NCBI GenBank assembly: GCA_964555185.1 | Contig: CAZKRD010000001.1 | Span: 34,185-98,184 of the forward strand | DNA length: 64,000 nt | Direction: 5' to 3' | DNA from: an uncultured Candidatus Saccharibacteria bacterium | GTDB taxonomy: Bacteria; Patescibacteriota; JAQUNI01 | Shown here: positions 50,072 through 58,889 of the stretch, one piece after another | How the letters are laid out: each line of letters starts with the position of its first letter | Position numbering within the stretch: position 1 is the first letter of the stretch | Made by a program: the position numbers and the translations under genes | The notes under the pieces: generated by a model | Told to the model about the DNA's origin: nothing | Seen by the model: the letters and a program-made list of their open reading frames with translations, nothing else | Databases searched by the model: none

Positions 50072-51556
50072 ATGATTGAGCGATATACAGACGGGAAGAT
50101 TGTTGAAATCTGGTCCGATTCACACAAACTGTCTCTTTGGCAAAAGACAGAACTGGCAGTGATTGAGGCGATGGCCAATTTGGGGCGGATTGAAAGAGGG
50201 GTCTACAGCCGCATCCGTGAGGCCTTGGATGGTAATCCCATAGATATAGAATGGTGGAAACAAAGAGATCAAGAAATTCATCATGATCTTAATGCTTTCC
50301 TTGATGAGCGTGCGCGTTTCTTGGGCGCTGATCTAGAGCAATATTGGCATCAGGGACTCACTTCTTATGATACAGAAGAGCCTGCTTTTGCCAGAATGCT
50401 TCGATCATCACTGCACAGGGTCGAAGCCCATTACGGCAATTTAGTAGAAGCTTTAAAAGAGAAGGCGTGGCAGTATCGTTATGTGATTATGATCGGTCGC
50501 ACCCATGGCCAGGCCGCTCAATTGCAAAGCGCTGGCAAGAGGTTCTTGTGCTGGCTTCAAGATCTTGCTGTAGATGAGGTGAGTTTATTGAAAGCAGGGA
50601 GGAACCTCAAATATTCTAAACTCTCTGGCGCAATTGGCAATTATGGAGGCCTTGATCCTGATTTAGAGAAAGAGGCTTTGCGTGTCTTAGGATTCGAGCC
50701 TTTCTATGGTGCAACTCAAATTATGCCTCGTGAGATGTGCGCACCTTTGGCTCAAGTGCTTTGCCAGCTGGTTTGTACTTTAGACAAAATTGCAGTTGCA
50801 ATACGGTTAGGCGCGAGAAGTCCGCATCCGATCTATCAGGAGCCGTTTGGCCAAAAACACAAAGGCTCTTCTGTTATGCCTCAGAAGAAGAACCCGATCC
50901 GTAGCGAGCAAGTTGAAGGTATGGCTAATATGGCTAAGGCGTATTTGCGGATGATCATGGATAACATCCGCACCTGGGAAGAAAGAGCAATTGAACAGTC
51001 TTGCGTAGAAAGGGTTGCTTGGCCTGATCTTTTCCATATTGTTGTCCATGTGCTCAAAAGAATGGAAAAGGTGCTTCAGGGCTTAGTGATTTATCCTGAC
51101 AATATGCTCTGGGAGATCCATGAAAGCCGAGGATGTTATGCTTCTTCCGAGGCCAAGGAGTTTCTGAAGCGAGAGGGAGTAGAATATGGTCTTAGCGCTG
51201 AAGACGCCTACCGGATTGTGCAGCTTGCTGCTTTTATTGCTTTCGAACCAGGTGATCGTTTGCGAGATTTGCGCACAGACCTGCCTATTTCTCTAGTGGA
51301 AGCAGACCATCTACTTTTAGCTTTCCCGCAGATGCCCAAATCCCCTGATGTTTCTCTATGTTATATTATCAGGGAGGGCCTCTTGAGTATTTCAGAAGAG
51401 CTTGCCGCCACAGAGGAGGAAATAAAAAGGTGGGTAGAGATTTTAGAGAAGATTTTCACTGAACAGGAAAAACGTGATGATTGGAATCGGCTTTTTTTGC
51501 CCTCTTATCTCTTGCGTAATGAGGAAAAACTCTACCAAGAGATTTTGAGTCTATAA
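50072..51556 (+). CDS. purB: Adenylosuccinate lyase
   Basis: MIERY, HHD..AF, H.GLTSYD, GRTHG, SGAIGNY, GSSVMPQKKNP. Confidence 0.9.
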   Translation: MIERYTDGKIVEIWSDSHKLSLWQKTELAVIEAMANLGRIERGVYSRIREALDGNPIDIEWWKQRDQEIHHDLNAFLDERARFLGADLEQYWHQGLTSYDTEEPAFARMLRSSLHRVEAHYGNLVEALKEKAWQYRYVIMIGRTHGQAAQLQSAGKRFLCWLQDLAVDEVSLLKAGRNLKYSKLSGAIGNYGGLDPDLEKEALRVLGFEPFYGATQIMPREMCAPLAQVLCQLVCTLDKIAVAIRLGARSPHPIYQEPFGQKHKGSSVMPQKKNPIRSEQVEGMANMAKAYLRMIMDNIRTWEERAIEQSCVERVAWPDLFHIVVHVLKRMEKVLQGLVIYPDNMLWEIHESRGCYASSEAKEFLKREGVEYGLSAEDAYRIVQLAAFIAFEPGDRLRDLRTDLPISLVEADHLLLAFPQMPKSPDVSLCYIIREGLLSISEELAATEEEIKRWVEILEKIFTEQEKRDDWNRLFLPSYLLRNEEKLYQEILSL

Positions 51557-51573
51557 TTAAGGAGGAATGGATT

Positions 51574-52086
51574 ATGGCTAAAGTTGCGGTTGTTGTAGGT
51601 AGTAAGAGTGACCTTGAGATAGTAAAAGAGTCTGGAATGTTAGAGGTGTTTAACGAAATGGGCGTGCCTATAGAGGTATCGATCATTTCCGCGCACCGTA
51701 ACCCAGATACACTACCGAACTATTGCCAGAAGGTTCTTAAGAGAAATGATGGCCGGGTGATTTTCATTGCCATTGCTGGAATGGCTGCTGCCCTGGCAGG
51801 CGCGATTGCCGCCCATGCCCGGAAAACGTCAGTGATTGGCGTACCTTTGCCTTCCCGAGAAAAACCAGAAGCGGAAGATGCTTTGTACGCTATGCTTCAA
51901 ATGCCCAAAGATGTTCCGGTGGCTGTGCCTGGAATAGGGAAGTCTGGATTATACAAGGCCGCCATCTTGGCTTGCCAGATTTTGGCCCTGACGGATTCAG
52001 ACTATTGGCTCGCACTAGATGGTTTTATTAAAGATCATCATAAAGAGCCCCAGATTGATATTTCGTTATCAGAAGAGGAGGAGTGA
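51574..52086 (+). CDS. purE: AIR carboxylase / N5-CAIR mutase
   Basis: GSKSD, SAHRNP, VIGVP, QMP.DVPVA. Confidence 0.9.
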   Translation: MAKVAVVVGSKSDLEIVKESGMLEVFNEMGVPIEVSIISAHRNPDTLPNYCQKVLKRNDGRVIFIAIAGMAAALAGAIAAHARKTSVIGVPLPSREKPEAEDALYAMLQMPKDVPVAVPGIGKSGLYKAAILACQILALTDSDYWLALDGFIKDHHKEPQIDISLSEEEE

Positions 52087-52089
52087 ACA

Positions 52090-53115
52090 ATGGGAGCAAA
52101 GATTCCAGAAGCAATTCAGGAAACAGCGTTAAGCCGTAAGCTTGCTGCTGCCGGTCTTAATCGAGTTTATCAAGGTAAGGTCCGGGATACTTGTGCCGTA
52201 CCAAGTAATGACAAACTTCTACTGGTTGTTGCTTCAGGTCGTTTGAGTATTTTTGACTTTGTGTTGAATTGCCAGGTGAAAGATAAAGGTCAAATCTTGA
52301 CTGCTCTAACCATCTTCTGGCTGACCACTGTATTGAAAGATACAATACATCACTTGATCGCTTTCGGTGCAGGCATTGATGCGTATTTACCTCCTGACTT
52401 GAGAGGAAATCCAGAGTTGCAAGCCAGAGCCGTGGTGGTCAGAAAACTTGAGATAATATCAGTTGAATGCGTGGTCAGAGGTTGTCTTACGGGTTCGGGT
52501 TGGCGATCCTATCGAATGGATGGCACTGTTTGTGGTCAGAGCTTGCCACCTGGTTTGCATGATGGATCAAGACTAGATAAGCCTATTTTTACACCAACGA
52601 GCAAGGCAGTATTTGGTCATGATCAGCCCATGACTAGGGAGCAGGTAAGGCAGAGACATACAGAAGAGCTAGAAGATTTTAGTTTGGCATACTATAACAC
52701 AGCACGTAGTTATGCTGAAGAACACGATGTCATCATCGCTGATACTAAATTTGAGTTTGGCCGTTTAGACGACGGATCACTCTCTGTTCTTGCTGATGAG
52801 GTAATTACCCCTGATTCATCGCGTTTCTGGGACCGAGAAGAATGGGAAATAGCCCAAAAAGAACAGAGAGCACCTCAAGGTTATGATAAAGAGCCTGTGC
52901 GTCAAGAGGGCAAGGGAGTTGAAACGCCTTTTTCCGGTTTAACTGGTATTCATAGTCTTGATGCGCAGGATGAAGAGCATATCATATTTGTACATCAATG
53001 GAGGGTTCCAAAAGAGGTTCTTTCCGCCACTAGAAAACGTTACCGCACGATCTTTGAACGTTTAACTGGGAGGTCTCTTGAAAGCTTCCAGAGAGATGTG
53101 ATGCACATTGGCTAG
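52090..53115 (+). CDS. purC: SAICAR synthase
   Basis: GKVRD, ECVVRG.LTGSGW, FTPTSK, ADTKFEFG, DE.ITPDSSRFW. Confidence 0.93.
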   Translation: MGAKIPEAIQETALSRKLAAAGLNRVYQGKVRDTCAVPSNDKLLLVVASGRLSIFDFVLNCQVKDKGQILTALTIFWLTTVLKDTIHHLIAFGAGIDAYLPPDLRGNPELQARAVVVRKLEIISVECVVRGCLTGSGWRSYRMDGTVCGQSLPPGLHDGSRLDKPIFTPTSKAVFGHDQPMTREQVRQRHTEELEDFSLAYYNTARSYAEEHDVIIADTKFEFGRLDDGSLSVLADEVITPDSSRFWDREEWEIAQKEQRAPQGYDKEPVRQEGKGVETPFSGLTGIHSLDAQDEEHIIFVHQWRVPKEVLSATRKRYRTIFERLTGRSLESFQRDVMHIG

Positions 53116-53146
53116 ATATCGCCACAGAGCATTTTAGACACACATA

Positions 53147-53179
53147 GGCACCAATTTATCTTTGAACGGTGCCTTTTTT
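53147..53179 (+). terminator. Intrinsic terminator after purC
   Basis: aggcacc / ggtgcct followed by T run. Confidence 0.65.
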
Positions 53180-53189
53180 ATAATTCGCA

Positions 53190-53440
53190 GTGAGCCTGCC
53201 TGCCGGTAGGCAGGGTAGGCAGGGAGAAAGTGAAATTCCTTTTCACTTTATTCGGGATTATTGTCATTACCCGTAGGGGCAACCCTTGTGGTTGCCCGTC
53301 TGTGGCATTTGTTTAGCCGACAATGGGCAACCACAAGGGTTGCCCCTACAAAACCGTCCCAGACTAGGTGATATTATTGGCGCATTTAAATCAATGACAA
53401 CCTGTAGTTACATCCAAAATTAAGAATTTCGAGCTTGCTT
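53190..53440. mobile_element. Composite element: hairpin unit + GTAG REP doublet (53273-53349)
   Basis: Shares gagaaagtgaaattccttttcacttta, gggattattg, gttacatccaa and aagaatttc.agcttgctt with 16898-17160. Confidence 0.8.
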
Positions 53441-53494
53441 GATTTGTCTGAATTTTGCTATATTTAAAGAATGAGAATAAGATACTAGAAACAA

Positions 53495-54148
53495 ATGACC
53501 CTGCCTTCAGAAATTGAAAAAAAATTAAAACAAAAAAGTCACAAAACAATCATTGGCGTGGATGAGGCCGGGCGCGGGCCTTGGGCCGGTCCTGTGGTCG
53601 CGGCTGCTGTTTTTTTGCCGGATCGTGCTCAAAATCGCGTTTCCGATATTCTTTTGGACAGGATTACTGATTCCAAAAAAATAAGCGAAAAGCTGCGGGA
53701 GGAACTTTTTGATTTAATCTGTGAACAAGGGGAGTATGGGATTGGAATTGTAAGTCCTTTTCTTGTTGATAGATTAAATGTTTTGGGCGCTACTTTTCGG
53801 GCGATGCAAAAAGCGGTTTTGGAATTGTCTCGAGTTCTTCCTGTAGAGATTAGTTATGTTTTGGTTGATGGTAATTTAGAAATTCCCAGACTCTCTTATT
53901 TCCAGAGTCCCGTAGTCCACGGCGATTCTCTGGAGCGACTAATCGCGGCCGCTTCGATTGTCGCTAAAGTAACCCGCGATCGCTTGATGCTGAAATTAGA
54001 CAAGAAATATCCCCAGTACGGTTTTGCCCAGCACAAAGGGTATGGTACAATGGGACATAGAGAAGCATTATTACAGTATGGGGTATGTCCGGTGCACAGA
54101 ATGAGCTTTAGGCCAATTCGGGAGATTGATCAAATTTATAATTCTTAA
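53495..54148 (+). CDS. rnhB: Ribonuclease HII
   Basis: GVDEAGRG..AGPV, DSKK, DG, IAAASIVAKV.RD, HKGYGT. Confidence 0.97.
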   Translation: MTLPSEIEKKLKQKSHKTIIGVDEAGRGPWAGPVVAAAVFLPDRAQNRVSDILLDRITDSKKISEKLREELFDLICEQGEYGIGIVSPFLVDRLNVLGATFRAMQKAVLELSRVLPVEISYVLVDGNLEIPRLSYFQSPVVHGDSLERLIAAASIVAKVTRDRLMLKLDKKYPQYGFAQHKGYGTMGHREALLQYGVCPVHRMSFRPIREIDQIYNS

Positions 54149-54275
54149 TTTCTAATTTTTAATTAATGCTTAATTTGTAATGATTTAATTTTCAAAAAAT
54201 CAAAACGCGTGATAGGTTTGAAAATTAAAAATTAGGTTATTAAAAATTGATTAAAAACTAAAAATTAAAAATTTA
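54148..54275. repeat. Inverted AT-rich 7-mer array
   Basis: aatttct aattttt.. / aaaatta aaaatta; fills rnhB-methyltransferase gap. Confidence 0.55.
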
Positions 54276-54284
54276 TTCAAATTC

Positions 54285-54827
54285 ATGCCAAGAATAGAGG
54301 GTTTTATCAAACCAGAAAAAGTTTTAGACCGCGTGGAGCTTTCAGAGAGAGCCCAGGTCGCTGACTTGGGCTGCGGCGCGGGGTTCTTTAGCTTAACCGC
54401 GGCTACCTTTGTCGGCGAGACCGGCAAGGTCTATGCGGTTGACATCCAGCAATCAGCTCTGTCCGCAGTAGACGACAGGGCTCATTTGCAGGGGTTAGAA
54501 GATGTGATCAAACTGGTCTGGGCTGATCTAGAGGTTTTGGGGAGCACTAAAATCAAAAAGAACTCCATTGATCTCGCGATTGTCGTCGATGTCTTGTTTC
54601 AAAATGAAGGACCAGAGAAGATTTTACGAGAAGCCCAAAGGATGGTTAAACCAGGCGGCAAGATTCTAATTATTGACTGGAAGACAAAAAAACTGCCCTT
54701 GGGACCATTGCCGGATAATAGGATTTCAGAGCACAAAGTAAAACAGCTCGCCGAGGGTTTAGACTTGAAGCTAGTTGATTCCTGGGATCCCAGCCCCTAT
54801 CATTATTCTCTGGTCTATAAAAAGTAA
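54285..54827 (+). CDS. Class I SAM-dependent methyltransferase
   Basis: VADLGCGAG, VYAVD, KPGG.ILIIDW. Confidence 0.9.
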   Translation: MPRIEGFIKPEKVLDRVELSERAQVADLGCGAGFFSLTAATFVGETGKVYAVDIQQSALSAVDDRAHLQGLEDVIKLVWADLEVLGSTKIKKNSIDLAIVVDVLFQNEGPEKILREAQRMVKPGGKILIIDWKTKKLPLGPLPDNRISEHKVKQLAEGLDLKLVDSWDPSPYHYSLVYKK

Positions 54828-54874
54828 CCTCTTGATTTTTTAAATCAAGAGGTCATTGCGAGCGATTTCGTTCC

Positions 54875-55255
54875 ATGATTATTAGAGACAAAAGGAAAAT
54901 TGGCGAGCTGGGTGAAAATTTGGCTTGCCAGTATTTAAAGAGAAAAGGTTACAAAATCATTGGCCGTAATTTCAGGAAAACAGGGGGAGAGATTGACATT
55001 ATTGCCCGCGATCAGAAGAATGGAATTTTGGTTTTCGTTGAAGTTAAAACAAGAACCGGCAATGCCTTTGGTCAGCCGCAGGAAGCGGTTGATTTTTTTA
55101 AACAAAGGAAACTTAAAAAAGCCGTTTTTGCTTATCTCAATCAAAAGAGGAGTGATTGCGATTTCCAGATTGATGTTATTGCCATTCTTTTAAATTACAA
55201 GATAAGAAAGGCGCGGATTAAACACTATCAGAATGTTGTGGAAGAGAGTTGGTGA
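54875..55255 (+). CDS. YraN family (UPF0102) nuclease-like protein
   Basis: GE..A..YL..KGY.I..RN..GEIDII..LVFVEVKTR. Confidence 0.93.
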   Translation: MIIRDKRKIGELGENLACQYLKRKGYKIIGRNFRKTGGEIDIIARDQKNGILVFVEVKTRTGNAFGQPQEAVDFFKQRKLKKAVFAYLNQKRSDCDFQIDVIAILLNYKIRKARIKHYQNVVEESW

Positions 55256-55425
55256 TTTTGCTTTACTTGATTTTTTTTATATGCTATTCTAAAAGAGTGA
55301 ATAATGGTGGTTAAGATTAGAGCCTTTCCTGTCCGGAAAGGTATTTTTGTAAAAATAGGAACGAGCGAGTCACGAGTAGGCCTCTTATCTAGGGGTGATC
55401 CCGCGTGCTCGCCCGAAATAAATCC

Positions 55426-56745
55426 ATGTTAACCAAAGAATTTGACGCGGCAATTAATCAAATCTGTGATGAGAAAAGTATTGATCGCGAGGTCGTGATC
55501 AAAACAATTGAGGCGGCATTGGCCGCGGCTTATCGTAAGGATTACGGCAAGCCTGATCAGAATATTAAGACTCAATTCAATCCCAAAACAGGCAATTTTG
55601 ATATTTTTGATGTTAAGGAGGTTGTGGCCGAGGAAGAGGAGATTACTGATTCGCGCAAGCAGATTGTGCTCTCGGAGGCAAAAAAGAAAAAGAAGAGCGT
55701 CAAGGTGGGAGAAGAAATAAAAGCCAAGATTAAGCCCCCGGGAGACTACGGCCGGGTCGCGGCCCAGACCGCAAAACAGGTGATCGTCCAAAGGATCAGG
55801 GAGGCGGAAAGAAATGCCCTATTCCAGACCTTCAAGAAGCGCGAGGGCGAACTGGTTATCGGCGTGATCCAGCGGATTGAGGGCAATACCATCTTTGTTG
55901 ACTTGGGCCAGACCACTGGTTTTATTCCGATTTCCGAACAGGTATCAGGCGAGAATTATCAGATCAACCAAAGACTAAAAGTCTATATCAGCGAAGTGCG
56001 CGAGGGGTCTAAGGGTCCGGAAGTGGTATTATCCCGCACCCATCCAGAGATGATTAAAATCCTTTTCAGTTTGGAAGTGCCGGAGGTGAACGCGGGCACG
56101 GTGGAGATTAAGACCGTAGCTCGAGAGCCGGGATTAAGGAGTAAGATCGCGGTCAAAAGCAGTGATCCAGAAGTTGATCCGATCGGGGCTTGCGTGGGCC
56201 AGCGCGGCTCCCGGGTCCAGGCCGTGATCAATGAGATCGACGGCGAAAAGATTGACATTATTGAGTGGGCGAAAGACCCGGCTAAATTTATTAGCAACGC
56301 TTTAGCGCCCGCCAAAGTGGTTAACGTGGAAGTTGGTAAAGAAGATAATACAGCCAGGGTATTGGTCGAGCCGGATCAACTCTCTTTGGCGATCGGCAAG
56401 GAGGGACAGAATGTCCGTTTGGCTGCTAAATTGACAACTTGGAAGATAGATGTTAAACCAGTGCCCGTAAAGGAAGAAGAAAAGGTTGAAGTAAAGAAGG
56501 TCAAAGAGGAGAAGGAAGCAAGGAAGGAGACGGTGCAAAAAGTCAAAAATCAACCTTCGAGTCCTGAGCCTCAGGTCGAGGGAAAATCAAAAGTCAAAAA
56601 TGCCTCGCCTACCGGGAGGCAGGCAAATAAAAAATCAAAAATAAAGAAAGTAGAGAAAAAGACAGTAAAGAAGGAGAAGAAAAAGGATAAGAGGATTAAA
56701 AAAGGACCTTCTAAAGAAAAAAAGGAAAAGGAGAACAAGAAGTAA
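55426..56745 (+). CDS. nusA: Transcription factor NusA with repeat-derived Lys-rich tail
   Basis: GRVAAQTAKQ, LSRTHP, AREPG.RSKIAV, GACVG.RG, LAIGKEGQNVRLA. Confidence 0.97.
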   Translation: MLTKEFDAAINQICDEKSIDREVVIKTIEAALAAAYRKDYGKPDQNIKTQFNPKTGNFDIFDVKEVVAEEEEITDSRKQIVLSEAKKKKKSVKVGEEIKAKIKPPGDYGRVAAQTAKQVIVQRIREAERNALFQTFKKREGELVIGVIQRIEGNTIFVDLGQTTGFIPISEQVSGENYQINQRLKVYISEVREGSKGPEVVLSRTHPEMIKILFSLEVPEVNAGTVEIKTVAREPGLRSKIAVKSSDPEVDPIGACVGQRGSRVQAVINEIDGEKIDIIEWAKDPAKFISNALAPAKVVNVEVGKEDNTARVLVEPDQLSLAIGKEGQNVRLAAKLTTWKIDVKPVPVKEEEKVEVKKVKEEKEARKETVQKVKNQPSSPEPQVEGKSKVKNASPTGRQANKKSKIKKVEKKTVKKEKKKDKRIKKGPSKEKKEKENKK

Positions 56746-56901
56746 AATGATTTTTGATTTTTTCAGCTAGTCAGAGTATATTTTTAAGATAAGAATTAAC
56801 CACGAAAGTACAAATTTCAAGAGACTAAAAGGCATTTTTGACTTTTGATTTTTGCCTGCCCGCCAAAGCCTTGGCGAAGGCGGGACTTTTGATTTTCTAT
56901 T

Positions 56902-58878
56902 ATGCTGCCTGTAATTGTTTCTGGCTTGGTTGCCGTGCTTGCTTTGCTTTTTGCTCTGCTTTTTGCTTTGCGAATCGGACGGCAAAAAACGGGCAATAAA
57001 AAAATGCGCGAAATCGCGCGCGCGATTCATGACGGCGCGATGGCCTTTTTGCACAAGGAGTATAAGATTTTAATTATTTTCGTGATTGTTTTTGGTTTTG
57101 TTCTTTACATCACTTTGGGTTTGGAAACTACGATCGCTTTTCTCTTGGGCGCGTTTTTTTCCGCGCTCGCGGGCAATATTGGGATGCGGATTGCGACCAA
57201 AGCCAATGTCCGGACAGCAAGAGCCCTGAAAAAAGGGATCAAGGAGGGATTGATTTTAGCCTTTTCTTCCGGTTCGGTGATGGGGCTTTCGGTTGTAGGT
57301 TTAGGTTTAGCCGGGATTAGCGTACTTTATTTAATTGTCCGCGATCCGAATATTATTTACGGTTTTGGTTTTGGCGCTTCTTCAATTGCCTTATTCGCGC
57401 GGGTGGGCGGCGGCATCTACACGAAAGCGGCTGATGTGGGCGCGGATTTAGTCGGCAAGGTAGAAAAAGGGATTCCAGAGGATGACCCGCGCAACCCGGC
57501 GGTGATCGCGGATAATGTCGGAGACAATGTCGGAGACGTGGCGGGCATGGGCGCGGATCTTTTCGAGTCTTATGTTGATTCGATCATCGCAGCGATGGTG
57601 ATTGGTGTTTTTGCTTTTTCCAGTTTCCTGCAGGCAGACGCGGTGGTTTTACCCTTGCTTTTGGCGTCGGTTGGGATTATTGCCGCTATCTTGGGAAATC
57701 TGGTTGTGTTTTTAAGTCGGGGCGCGCGCAACCTGCATAGCGTTTTAAACCGCGGTATTTACGCGGCCGCTGTTTTTATGATCATCGGTTCTTATCTTGT
57801 GATTAAGGTTTTCCATTATTTTGACGACATCAGAGTATTCTACGCTTCTTTGGTTGGCGTGATCGGCGGCGTGGTGATCGGCTGTATTACTGAATACTAT
57901 ACTTCAGACAAACACAAACCAACCCGAAGACTGGCCCAGATTTCCAAGACCGGTCCGGCACCGAACATTATTCGGGGTTTGTCTTTGGGGATGATCAGCA
58001 CGATTGTGCCGGTTCTGGTCGTAGCGGCGGCGATCTGGCTCAGCTTTTGGCTGGCCGGGCTTTACGGTATCGCGATCGCGGCCGTAGGAGTGCTTTCGAC
58101 CTTAGGAATCACACTGGCCGCTGACACCTATGGTCCGGTTGCGGACAATGCGGCAGGGATTGCGCAAATGGCGGGAATGGGCAAGAAAGTGCGGGAACGG
58201 GCAGAGAACTTGGACGCTGTCGGCAATACGACCGCGGCGATCGGCAAGGGTTTCGCGATTGGCTCGGCCGCTCTAACCGCGCTCGCCCTTTTTGCCAGCT
58301 TCACGGGCATTGTTGGTTTGAAATATATTAATATTGCCGAGCCCAAGGTGATCGCGGGGATGTTTATTGGCGGCTGTTTGCCTTTCCTTTTCTCCGCTTT
58401 GACGATGAAAGCAGTGGGAGAAGCGGCTTACGATATGGTTTCAGAGGTGCGGCGTCAGTTTAAGGAAATCACTGGTTTGCTTTCTGGACGCGCAAAGCCT
58501 GATTATCAACGTTGTATCTCAATTTCAACCGCGGCCGCTCTTCGCAAGATGATTTTGCCTGGGATCACGGCGATCGGTGTTCCGGTTGCGGTTGGTTTCT
58601 TAATGGGGCCGGCGGCCTTGGGCGGACTTTTGGCTGGTTCGGTAGTTACCGGTTTCCTGCTTGCGGTGATGATGGCGAATGCCGGCGGCGCTTGGGATAA
58701 TGCCAAAAAATACATCGAAAAAGGCAATCTCGGCGGTAAGGGCTCTTTCGCCCATCGGGCGGCAGTCGTTGGAGACACGGTCGGTGATCCGTTTAAAGAC
58801 ACCTCTGGCCCTTCGCTTAATATTTTGATTAAACTAATGGCAATCGTGGCGATTCTTTTAGCTCCTCTGATTGTTTAG
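56902..58878 (+). CDS. hppA: Membrane pyrophosphatase, K+-dependent, probably Na+-translocating
   Basis: DVGADLVGKVE, EDD.RN, DNVGDNVGD, GNTTAA (K+-dependent), DLFE with Glu as in Na+-PPases. Confidence 0.95.
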   Translation: MLPVIVSGLVAVLALLFALLFALRIGRQKTGNKKMREIARAIHDGAMAFLHKEYKILIIFVIVFGFVLYITLGLETTIAFLLGAFFSALAGNIGMRIATKANVRTARALKKGIKEGLILAFSSGSVMGLSVVGLGLAGISVLYLIVRDPNIIYGFGFGASSIALFARVGGGIYTKAADVGADLVGKVEKGIPEDDPRNPAVIADNVGDNVGDVAGMGADLFESYVDSIIAAMVIGVFAFSSFLQADAVVLPLLLASVGIIAAILGNLVVFLSRGARNLHSVLNRGIYAAAVFMIIGSYLVIKVFHYFDDIRVFYASLVGVIGGVVIGCITEYYTSDKHKPTRRLAQISKTGPAPNIIRGLSLGMISTIVPVLVVAAAIWLSFWLAGLYGIAIAAVGVLSTLGITLAADTYGPVADNAAGIAQMAGMGKKVRERAENLDAVGNTTAAIGKGFAIGSAALTALALFASFTGIVGLKYINIAEPKVIAGMFIGGCLPFLFSALTMKAVGEAAYDMVSEVRRQFKEITGLLSGRAKPDYQRCISISTAAALRKMILPGITAIGVPVAVGFLMGPAALGGLLAGSVVTGFLLAVMMANAGGAWDNAKKYIEKGNLGGKGSFAHRAAVVGDTVGDPFKDTSGPSLNILIKLMAIVAILLAPLIV

Positions 58879-58889
58879 ATTTTTTAAGT

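Noticed and set aside
55328-55342. GTCCGGAAAGG resembling the SRP RNA loop
   Set aside because: No CAGG..GGAAGCAGC context and no long stem
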